Origin: Harriotta raleighana
Taxonomy: Eukaryota
Assembly (NCBI GenBank): GCA_050575255.1
Contig: JBNZDD010013666.1
Coordinates: forward strand, 4,066,293 to 4,130,292
Reading direction: 5' to 3'
Length of the DNA: 64,000 bases
In this document: one piece after another, positions 1-9,800 of the stretch
Position numbering within the stretch: the stretch's first letter is position 1
Layout of the letters: the number at the start of each line of letters is the position of its first letter
Notes under the pieces: model-generated
Seen by the model: the letters and a program-made list of their open reading frames with translations, nothing else
Database searches by the model: none
What the model was told of the DNA's origin: nothing
Made by a program: the position numbers and the translations under genes

Positions 1-459
1 CTTGTTGCCTGCCCCATGCATGTCAAGTCAGACCCTCACACTCCAGCACAGCAGAGAATAAAAAGTTGGGTCAACACATCCACATACGTACTTATACACA
101 CACACACATATACATACATGCCAGGCAGCCAGTCAGTCAGAAGCTTATTTGCTATTAAAGTCTGAACTAGTCAAGAGAGAATTGAGATGCAATATCTGTA
201 ATACACTAACTAGACAAGTATACAGCACTGTATATGACAAACCAACGCAGGAGATTTCACCCTCACTCACTCCCTCCCTCCCTTCCTCACCTCTTCCAAC
301 CTTTTCCTTAAAACAAAACACAAGAATGCAATAAAGTCCAACACAGCCACTTTGACATGGCGTATTCAGACCGACATGACAGGACAGAACATGACAGATG
401 GACACAGACGAACACATATACACACACACACACACACAGATCCCTCACTCACTCTACCT

Positions 460-815
460 ACCTCGCTGGCTGGCTGAACGTCACGTCACGTAGCAGCGCT
501 AGGTCACCTGATGTTTTCCTCCCCACCTCCCTCCCTCCCTCGCCCCCGAAATGATTGACAGGCTCGCCAGCCACTCACAGATCAGGCCTGGTGTCGGCGG
601 AGGGAGGGGGGGTGGTTGCTTGCGTCACGGCGCAGGGCGGGACTGTGACGACGGCGCCAACCGCCGGCTCTCGCGCTGACCGACTGTTTTTTGAAAACCA
701 ACGGTCGGCTTTGCCAAGTTTGGTTGACGGAGCGAGCGCGAGCCAGAGAATGCGTGAGTGAGACGGGTTTTAGCGCCGGCCACGAGCAATGATCATTCTG
801 GGAGTTGTAGTCCGA
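460..815. promoter_or_regulatory. CpG-island-like promoter, probably of a divergent minus-strand gene
   Basis: High CpG density against a CpG-poor background, several CGTCA/TGACG CRE half-sites, GC box GGGCGGG near 635, and GGACTACAACTCCCAGAATG (ZNF143/THAP11 motif) on the minus strand at 794-813. Confidence 0.75.
462..570 (-). other. Candidate first exon of a divergent gene (ERI3 expected from human synteny)
   Basis: Minus-strand donor GAG|GTAGGT (exon ends at 462) at the edge of the CpG island. No coding sequence is visible, so the identity is inferred only. Confidence 0.45.
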
Positions 816-977
816 AAAGGGTGTAAGTTACCTCACACACACACACAGACACACATACATAATACATACATACACAAACAAACACTAGACAAGTTTTCAA
901 TTTCCTGAATCAAGTCTCTTGTCAACTCATGTAAAGTCAGTGTTTCGAACTAATGTTCAATTTATAATAATATACCA

Positions 978-1150
978 TAATAATAATAATTCTTGCATTT
1001 GATTACGTCTTATCACGTCTTTGAGACATGACTTTGCAGGATAAACTGTTAAGTGAATCGACTGTATATATGGTGGGCAAAACGCTACAGCCGATTGCAC
1101 ACAGCAGTGTCCCCACAAACAGTTATGGAATGAGTGACCAATTTATTATT
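978..1150 (-). mobile_element. tRNA-derived SINE, 3' part
   Basis: Matches the body and tail (tcttgcatttgat...cccacaaacag...gaccaa) of the full copies elsewhere in the window. Confidence 0.8.
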
Positions 1151-1174
1151 GTTTATTTTTCTGTTTAATGATAA

Positions 1175-1466
1175 AAATAATCCTTGCATTTGATACAGTG
1201 CTTCTCACGTCTTCTAGACGTCTCAACACGCTTCACAGAATACACTGTAAAGTGAATTGACTGCATATGTTGTGAGCAAAACACGGCAGCCAATGTTCAC
1301 AGCAGCATCCCACAAACAGTCGTGGATTCAAATGACCAATTTAGGGATTATTATTAGGCATGTGGTGTAAGGAAACTTGCGCAAGGTTTCGCCCTGACCT
1401 GCTGGGAATCGAACCCAGGTCTCTCACTTGCAAGGGGAGTGCTCTAATCACTGAGCTATGGGATAC
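1175..1466 (-). mobile_element. tRNA-derived SINE, full length
   Basis: Minus strand shows A-box TAGCTCAGTGA, B-box GGTTCGATTCC, the shared body and a (TTA)n tail. Confidence 0.9.
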
Positions 1467-1719
1467 TACTTAAGACCTGTTTTGACTTGTTGTGTTGGTG
1501 ACGGGTTGACATGAAAACCAGTTGGAAAGGCCTAGTTAGTTGTTTTTCATCAACTGTTGCCCCCTCCTCCCAAACCATGCTAAGTGGAGGCAGCGGGTGG
1601 AGGAGTGATGACGGTTGGTGCTCTGGTACTACTTTTTTGAATTAGTTCCTGGGAATGAAAAGCATTTTTAAGGCAAGTTCCATGGGGTGAAAGTAATAAT
1701 AATAATATCAACAGTAACA

Positions 1720-1826
1720 ATAATAATAATTATTATTATACCTTTGATATAATGCCTTATCACATCTTCGAGGAGTCAGAACGCACTTCACAGAAGATAC
1801 TGCAGTGACTGCATTTTGTGGGCGAA
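1720..1826 (-). mobile_element. SINE 3' fragment
   Basis: Degenerate tail matching the family. Confidence 0.6.
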
Positions 1827-1927
1827 TATACTAGGAGTTACGACAACCTTTTCTTAACAAAAGTTAAGAATCCATTGATATTCCATGTTTTTAGAATTTA
1901 AATATTATTACTGAATCAAATGAGATT

Positions 1928-2085
1928 TAGTCACTCAATTCACAACTGTTTGTGGGACACTGCTGGGCGCAATTGGCTGCCTGGTTTCGCCCACAGTCAC
2001 TACACTTTGCAGTGTATTCTGTGAAGCGCTTTGAGACGTCTTTGAACACGCGATAAGGATTTATGTCACATGCAAGGGTTATTAA
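1928..2085 (+). mobile_element. SINE 3' part
   Basis: ctgtttgtgggacactgctg...tgtgaagcgctttgagacgtc...tgcaagg. Confidence 0.8.
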
Positions 2086-2108
2086 TATAATCAATCAAAC
2101 CACACCAG

Positions 2109-2192
2109 AACTACATCCCTCGGGATTCGATGTTCCCTTTTGCCTTAACATCTGCTGCGGAGCAACGCTTTGGCTTCTGGGACTTGTAGTTC
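2109..2192. promoter_or_regulatory. Pair of ZNF143/THAP11-type motifs
   Basis: GAACTACAAGTCCCAGAAGC on the minus strand (about 2173-2192) and a degenerate AACTACATCCCTCGGG on the plus strand (from 2109). Confidence 0.6.
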
Positions 2193-3366
2193 AATTTTGC
2201 CAGCACCCACCGCAACAGTATATATAGAAATAGCTTCTTTATGTGTGGCAATCAATCCATCTGCTTTTGCAGTAAGTTATTGATCGCGTGAAATTACAAA
2301 AGGCACCGCATTTGTGATGGTTAATTTACGGTCTGTATTTACCATAGCGTTATTATGGGTTAATGTCAATCTGGCCATGGGATCAGTTTAAATCAGATTT
2401 TATTTTCGTTTTCTGCGACATTGGCATCATACAACATGAGCACCTCACTCATAATAGGCATTCATATAATTGATTATAATGTAAAACATAATACTGTACA
2501 TCTAATTACGCTTATGGTTATTTATATTATAATCATAATAACTCCTCACTGTTCCGTGTCTTGGGACGTCCTTCGAGGTGAATGGTGCCATAAAATGCAA
2601 CTTATTAATGTTGTTCTTATTGTTATTGTTATTATGTACGCTATAGCGTTGTGTTAGCGTAAATTTTGTTGCCGAAATTGTTTTGATTTACAAAGTTTTT
2701 TCTTAAGGCTGACCATTGTTGATCATTGATGTGGGGAATATGAATTAATTGCAAACGATTGAAATATAAAACTACTTTTTTTAAAAAGTGCATTTACATG
2801 GTAATATTGACGTGAGAAATGTAGAAATGGGTGCATTATCTCGCTATTTCTGCGCAAATGATAGCTCACGCATCGATTTTTTAATTGGCTGGGGTAAATC
2901 TAACTGTATATTTTTGTTGTGTCCCTGTAATATATTTGTACTTGTCAGCTAGTTCGTCATTCCAGCTCCTCTGCACTGTTAAGCTGTTCACGTTCAGTGA
3001 GAAACTGGGATAATTAATAATGTTAGGTATTGATTTTTTGGGGTGTTTGTTGAAATACAGGCTTGTGTAGGCCATCAAAGGGTTTAGTGCAACATTAATA
3101 GATACACGCATAGCCTACATTTATCAATTTTAGAACGACTTTATTTTATTTGGGATCTTTTCCCCCATTAGTTAATTGATATTTGAAATTACATGTATTT
3201 CATACTACACTTGGATTGCAGGGCTACCACCTTCCTTATCCAGAACTTTATGAATAATAAAGAAAAGTATTTTTCAAAAAAACTTTGGGATTATCCATTG
3301 CGTTTTTGCTCATCCATCTACATTTTCGGATTGGACGGCTATTTTGTTTGTAAATAAAATACTTGT

Positions 3367-4434
3367 CAAATCACAGAAGGTAAAAAGACAGTATCCCCCA
3401 AATTAAAAATAATCCGACAATTAAAAAGAGACGCAAAGTTGTAATTTATAATGTAAGTAGACAAAATAAAGGAGAAAAAAAGAACGGATAATATAAGAGT
3501 TAAAAGAATGCCACAAGCGAAGAAAGTAACGGGCACATGAGAAGAGGGGAAAAAATAAGCATCATTGGAACCAGAACAAAGTATACCCGAATGAACCAGA
3601 CGAGCGAACTGAGAATACAACAAATTGGGGGAAGAAAACGAAAAATTATAAATGACACCAAAATACTGCACGGAAGGAAAAGTGTGAAGGATGTCCGCAA
3701 ATAGATTAAAGGGGAAAAAAGTACGCAAACCGAATGAAATAGGAGAGAGAAGCAAAGAGCAGCAGGAAATCAGTCACAACAAATAAATCATGGAGGTGCT
3801 TCTCTAAAGGCTAAAACTACAAAGAGAAAAAAAGTCTCTGAATAATTTTAAAGCAGGAAAATAATAATAAAGATGATAGTTAAGGGTGAACCGAAATGAG
3901 CAGCCAGAATAAAAATGGTTTTAAAAAAAACGATTAAAAAATCTGAAGAAGAAGGAATACAACGAATGATGGATGAAAATTTAAAAAAATCGATAGAGTT
4001 AAATAATAAATGTGATGTGGTAAAATAAGGAATTGTACACATTTTCCAAAAAAAATGACAGGGAGAAAGAAATTTGTAAATTAAGAAACTTGGGCATTTT
4101 TAAACGAACAATAGAAAACAACGAATGGGATCCAAATGATAGCAAAGTTTAATTAATTCAGGGAAGAAAATGAATGGAAAAAACATAAACAATATACGCT
4201 TTTAGTGTAAAAAAAAGTCCCCCAAAAAGAGGAAGAACGAAGAGGTGAAAGGATAGAATATAATAATGTAGGGGAGAGGAGTGAAATCCGAGTGAAAAGA
4301 AGGGAAAAGGGGAATGACATGAAGGGGAAAAAAAAGACTGAAGTGCCAGCAGAAAAAAAGAGAGACGAAGACGGAGAGAAGGAGATAATAAAGTGTTGGG
4401 ATATACAGTGCTGTGTCTGTGAAAGGAAAACAAA
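3367..4434. repeat. Purine-rich (A/G) low-complexity tract
   Basis: Strong A/G skew on the plus strand. It yields F/S/L-rich spurious ORFs on the minus strand. Confidence 0.7.
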
Positions 4435-4450
4435 GACTACAGTTCCCAGG
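4435..4450 (+). promoter_or_regulatory. ZNF143/THAP11 (ACTACAnnTCCCA) promoter motif of RNF220
   Basis: GACTACAGTTCCCAGG directly upstream of candidate exon 1a. Confidence 0.75.
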
Positions 4451-4454
4451 TGCC

Positions 4455-4522
4455 GGGGTTGATGTCGCTGCGGCTGCGCTGTAGGCTGGCTGGGGTTTGC
4501 GCTGGTGTATATTGCTGTCCCG
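4455..4522 (+). other. RNF220: Candidate non-coding exon 1a of RNF220
   Basis: GC/CpG-rich segment just downstream of an ACTACAgtTCCCA motif, ending in the consensus donor CCG|GTGAGT (4522|4523). The start is approximate. Confidence 0.6.
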
Positions 4523-4579
4523 GTGAGTGAGTTCTGAAATTCACACACTACACACACACACACATTACACACTACACAC

Positions 4580-5014
4580 TGAGCCAAGCGGCAGCGGCGG
4601 AGCAGCAGCGAATCATTCCTTCTCTCATCGGACTCACTCGGGACCTGCACCGATCCCTCTCTCCCTCCCTCTCTCTCTCCGTCTAACCCTCTCCCTCCCT
4701 CCTCTGTGCATGTAATCAACACTATCCTTTTTTTTCCCCCAACCATTCACTCACTCACTCACTCATTCAGTCAGTCAGTCACTCACACTCCTTGTATTCC
4801 AGACTCCCCCACTCTCCACCTTTCATATTTGCACTGAAGGGGCAAGAGAGTTTTGCAAAAGAAATAAATCTTTTCATTCCCCGCGTGTGTTCTGTTTTTT
4901 TTCTCTCTCTCCCCCTGCTCCTCACCCCCTCACCCCCCCACCTCCTCCACCCCATCTCCTCCACCCCATCTCCTCTTCCCACCAAAAAGTGAAAGTGAAT
5001 CCCTGGGAATTAAA
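4580..5014 (+). other. RNF220: Candidate alternative non-coding exon 1b of RNF220
   Basis: GCG/GCA-rich start, pyrimidine-rich UTR-like body, and donor AAA|GTAAGT at 5014|5015. The start is uncertain. Confidence 0.45.
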
Positions 5015-6152
5015 GTAAGTACAGTATTGCAGATATGCGCCTGTAATAACGTGTTGTCTCCAAACTTTTGTCCGGAAGTAATTATTGACATGGCTTTGAC
5101 GGTCTGAATGTGTCAGGCGTGCACCTTGCAGTGTTAAAAAAAATAAGACTGAGGAAAAGAAATATTTAGTGCAGTGATTTTTTTCTGGTACTATAGCAGG
5201 ATACTCATGATTTTTTTTGGCTTACTTGTAGCAGACCTCACTGCACTGAACTGAATCTTTGATGTGTGCTTGTATAACCCCTGTTATCTTATGCATCTAT
5301 CTATGTGTTGTATTATTATTGTTATCAGTGCTACTGTTAATTCCATATAACACCATTTCTTAGCATTTGTATTATTAGCTATTTTATTTCTCGATGATCA
5401 CTGCTAAGTATCATTAAATTAGCTGTTTAATTGGTCCCAGTTCTAAACTTGCAATGAATTATCCGGTAGGGGGGATGTTATTAATCTTGATAGTTGTAAC
5501 AAAAGTAGCAACTAGGTTTTTGGTGTCTTGATGTCTGAGGAGAAGAAAAGTATGAAATGATTTAGTGCCGGTACATTTCGATTTTTGGCTGCAGTCCTGC
5601 TTTCTCTTTTTTTTACCAGCGCTGTCATTCGTTATTAGTTACTATTGATCGCTTTGCAAAGTGATAACTGAACTAAAATTAATGTCAATTCTACCGCGTA
5701 AATCAATACCGTTAAGTTATTTTAATCTTTTTTTTGTCCAGTTGTAGCGAATTAAAAAATCCCAACATGCAGAAATATCATTCTGGACAAAGAATATAAA
5801 AAAACCAATTCACTTTTTACCTTTTGATAATACAGGACTTTGAATGGAGAAAGAGGGGTGTGTGTGTGTGTGTTTGAGGGGTGGGGTGGGGGGAGCTTAA
5901 TCAGTGGCTTTCTCCTGTGATTTCAGAGCAATAAATGTATTTTTGATCACAGGGCTGCAGTGGTTCTGTTATTTGGGGTCAGTCTTTAAGTCCGTGACAC
6001 TTTGACACCAGAGTGTATTAAGTATAGATTTTCATAATTACTGTGGTCAAATAGTACCTAATCTATACAAGCGTCAGATTGTTGGTAATGGGAGAGTGTG
6101 TGAGACAGAATGTGTGTGTGAATATTTATTTTTGTTCTCTTTATTAATACAG

Positions 6153-6264
6153 GGTCTATCAAGCAGTGGTGTAATGATGTCACTCTTCTCTTTATAAAGC
6201 CATCCTTGCCTGCATTTCAGAAGGTCATTATATAATTCTGGGACAAGCGAGCAAAGACTTTCCA
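6153..6264 (+). other. RNF220: 5'UTR part of the RNF220 first coding exon
   Basis: Polypyrimidine tract and acceptor ttttgttctctttattaatacAG at 6151-6152, 112 nt upstream of the ATG. Confidence 0.8.
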
Positions 6265-6892
6265 ATGGACTTGCACAGAACAGCTTTCAAGATGGAGAAT
6301 TCTTCCTATCTCCCCAACCCCCTGGCATCTCCAGCCTTGATGGTCCTCGCCTCCACGGCAGAGGCAAGCCGAGATGCCTCCATCTCATGCCAGCAACCCA
6401 GACCCTTTGGAGTACCTGTCTCGGTGGACAAAGATGTCCACATCCCCTTCACCAACGGTTCGTACACTTTCGCCTCCATGTACCACCGGCAGAGTGGAGT
6501 GCCGGGGGCCTTCCCAAACCGGGATTTCCCCCCTCAGCTACTGCACCTGCACCCTCAGTTTGCCCCCCCAAGCCTGGACTGTACCCCCATCAGCATGCTG
6601 AACCACAGCGGGGTGGGGGCATTCCGTCCCTTCGCCTCGGCCGAAGACAGAGACAGTTACCAGTCCGCCTTCACGCCGGCAAAGAGACTCAAGAACTGCC
6701 ACGAGACCGAATCTCCTCACCTGAGATTTTCGGACACCGAGGGCAAGGAGTATGAGTTCAGCACCCAGCTCCCCTCCAGTTCCCCCGGCTCCTTAAAGCT
6801 CGACGACACTGGGAAAAAAGTCTTCGCTGTGTCGGGTCTCATCTCCGATCGAGAAAACTCAGCAAGTCCGGAAGAAAGTCGGAATGAGAGAT
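6265..6892 (+). CDS. RNF220: RNF220 (RING finger protein 220, E3 ubiquitin ligase), first coding exon, residues 1-209; the gene continues beyond the window
   Basis: Translation MDLHRTAFKMENSSYLPNPLASPALMVLASTAEASRDAS...SAFTPAKRLKNCH...KKVFAVSGLISDRE...RNER closely matches the vertebrate RNF220 N-terminus as I recall it. Similarity ends at the donor GAT|GTAAGT (6892|6893, phase 1). The ORF tail to 7101 is intronic read-through. Confidence 0.96.
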
Positions 6893-9800
6893 GTAAGTGC
6901 TTCTTCATTCGTTCACCCATTCATTCACTCACTCATTCGTTCATTTATTCATTCATTTATTGTGACTTCATTGGGCCCTCTTTACATTTCACATTGAAAT
7001 TCTCAACCCCACCCCACCCACCCAAAACTTGCCACAAACACTTAAAAAAGTCACAGCTAATATTTCTAGAAAGTTTTTTCTGTAGAGCTTTCAAATTGTA
7101 ATGGCTCAACTGCGTTTCACAAGTTAGCTTTGAATGTAATGTAAGATCTGGGATAATGCACCAAGTACAAAATAATATATATATATATATATATAACATC
7201 ACATCGCCGGGGGCATTTAAACTTTCAGTGGTCATTTTCCATTTGATAAAAATCAGAAACTCGTGAGCCACATCACATGAGAATATTTATGTTGACATGT
7301 CACCTTTGTTGTTGCATGTTTTAGTTTTTAGCAGTTTATACATAGCCTTTAAGGTGTCGATGTTTATTCAGTAGAATTCATAACTAAATGGCCCACTTTT
7401 TAAAAATACACTAAAATGCAACAATCAGAATTATACCTCTGTGACAATTGTTTTTACAAAAAGGAAAAAAGAGAGTAATTCCCCGTGTGGCTTAAAAAAA
7501 CACTCACTGTCTTAAATATTCTTTTTAAGAAAGATTTGTTATCATTGACATTTTTCAAACCATCCCCTATTACTGAATAACTCCTGGGGAGAAAAAAAGG
7601 GCCCTTTAGCTGAGAGGAAGTCGATCCCCAGCATCTGTATTGTGATGTTTGTCAAGTTAAATTGCAATTCCAGAAGTTTGTGAGGGCTCATCAGTGGGCC
7701 GAGAAGAAAGGTGCTGCCTGGAGGATGAGGTGATAATGGGTGATAAGTTAACAAGCCTCAGCTGTGGGAAGCTACTGACTTTTGTTACTGTTTGTTTTGA
7801 GTGTGAAAAAAAAGTATAAAGAGGAGACAAGAGAGGGAGAATAATACACAGAACAAAAGTGGAAAGGGACACAGAAAGTGAAAGCAGAAAAGGAAGTTAA
7901 AAACGAAATGAGAGGGGAAGTAATAGAAATGAAAGGGTTGCCAGAGGAGTGCATGATAAAAATGGTAAGAAAGATTCACACAGTACGATGAAAAAAGTTT
8001 GGAAATAAGAAAATAAGACAGAAGGACTAAATTACTGTAAGGAATGAGTGATTAATCTGCACTAGTTGAGTCAGAATCCAGGCCCCCATCTTCCTTCCTG
8101 AACAGTTAACAAAAAAACTTAAAACAACAAAACATGGATGTCTTTGCTTCCTTCCTGGCTGGACCAACCTGGTTGGTTTTCTTCATAAATTTCGTTTGAT
8201 TTATTGGTCAAACAGATTGAACCAAGGTGGGTGGGATGGCAAATAATGGAGGAACTAACTTAGATACATACCCATGCTAATGTTATTTTCCCTCCCCGCA
8301 AGTAAACTTTAGCAAGGGTGTGCTTACAATCATGTTGCCATCAGGGTGTTTTGCAATACTTAACCAGATGTGAAAAGGCTGATCTTTTGAGTTCTCCCCA
8401 CTGGTTTCCAACTGGCATCCCTTTCACATTTCTTTAAGTGCTTCCCTCCCCTCTTTTCCTCTTCCCTCTTCTTATGGTAATGACAGCCACTAATATGTAA
8501 AAATCTAGAGGAAGAAGGCAGTAGTAGTTCAGCTTTGAGTACTTGCTGAGAACCAGTATTATAAAACCTCTGTCTTTAAACCTGTGGTGTTGAGGGGATG
8601 GAGGGGGTGTTGAAATGAATATTGAGGTGTGAAAACGACAAGAGAAAGGACAATTGGACATTTCGCACCGTGCCATTTGGTACAGAGCTGGATTGCGAGT
8701 TGCCAAGTGGGAAAAAACTACCTAGCTCTATGATCTGTACAAAATTGCTCGCTACTGGTTGCAAGACGACTAGATAAATCTATCATGGCAGTTTCTTATA
8801 ATTGTGAATAAAAATAGAGGGGAAAAAATTGTTGGAAAGAAAATTATTGAAATAAACTTCAACTAGTTTGGTTCTTTACTCTCAGAAGCATGTTGTCATT
8901 TATTAATTGTTAACTGGTTTTATTCAGAAATAAAAATCCTTGAATTTGATATAGCACTTTAAGAAATGTTCATGTACAATTGCAAATCTGCTTGTTCCAT
9001 CTCCAAACAACATTGAGACACATGCGCATCTGTATGTGTTTCATCTAAACAGTATGTGTTTCATCTAAAAGCAACATTAAAATTGTTTGCAGATATTCCG
9101 AGCCATCTGCTTTTGTTTTAGAAATTATTTTGACTAAGAATAAAAACAAGAGATTTAGGATGCCTGATTTTGTGAACAATTATTTTATAAAAAGGTTTGA
9201 AAATGATAAGCCCGATTTATTAAATATGTGTTAATACGTATCCTGCCAATTTGCAAGAAATTTTGAGCAAGAAAATAAAATAAGCAAGATTCAATTATAC
9301 GGTCTTTTACTTATCGTCCCCCCAAAATGGAGGGGGGGAATGTATAAAAATGTATTAGAAATTAAAATCACAGTGAGCACAGGATCCTCTTTGATTATTT
9401 TTTAATATTGTATTAGATTTCATTAAATGAACTATTGTATAAGATTTTTATGAATGTGATATTTCTTCAACTGTACAATTGTTACTAAAATTGTATTTGG
9501 TGATGTCAGTTACGCAGTCTATATGTTTATGTCTTTATCTATCGGACTGTCTTTCTATTACAATTTATTGCCATAGCTACTTTTAGTTAACACTGATTGC
9601 ATTGCACTACTGTGTAGGATAAATGGTTGATTTACAAAGTGGAGTTTCATCGCAAAGACTGTAGCCTGAAATATTGCAGCTAAATGGTAATATGTATGGA
9701 ATTTTTTTGGGGGCTGCCAGAGGCTTAGTACGCAGATCTGTCACTTTCCCTGAGCAACAACCCTGACGACCTCTATTCAAAGTGCCATCGATTTCCTTTC

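Noticed and set aside
2177-2460. snRNA-type promoter layout (ZNF143 site plus PSE-like TTACCATAGC near 2339)
   Set aside because: No recognisable snRNA follows, and the PSE match is weak.
3366-4746. Minus-strand F/S/L-rich ORFs up to 197 aa
   Set aside because: Artefacts of the purine-skewed low-complexity tract.
6374-6755. Overlapping alternative-frame ORFs (75 and 122 aa) in the RNF220 exon
   Set aside because: Expected by-product of a GC-rich coding exon, with no recognisable protein features.
6893-7101. C-terminal 69 aa of the 278-aa ORF
   Set aside because: Lies after a consensus donor, runs through a TCAT/TCAC microsatellite and loses RNF220 similarity. This is intronic read-through.
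9032-9069. 20-bp-period tandem duplication (a similar 12-bp repeat is near 18074)
   Set aside because: Ordinary local slippage duplication with no sign of function.
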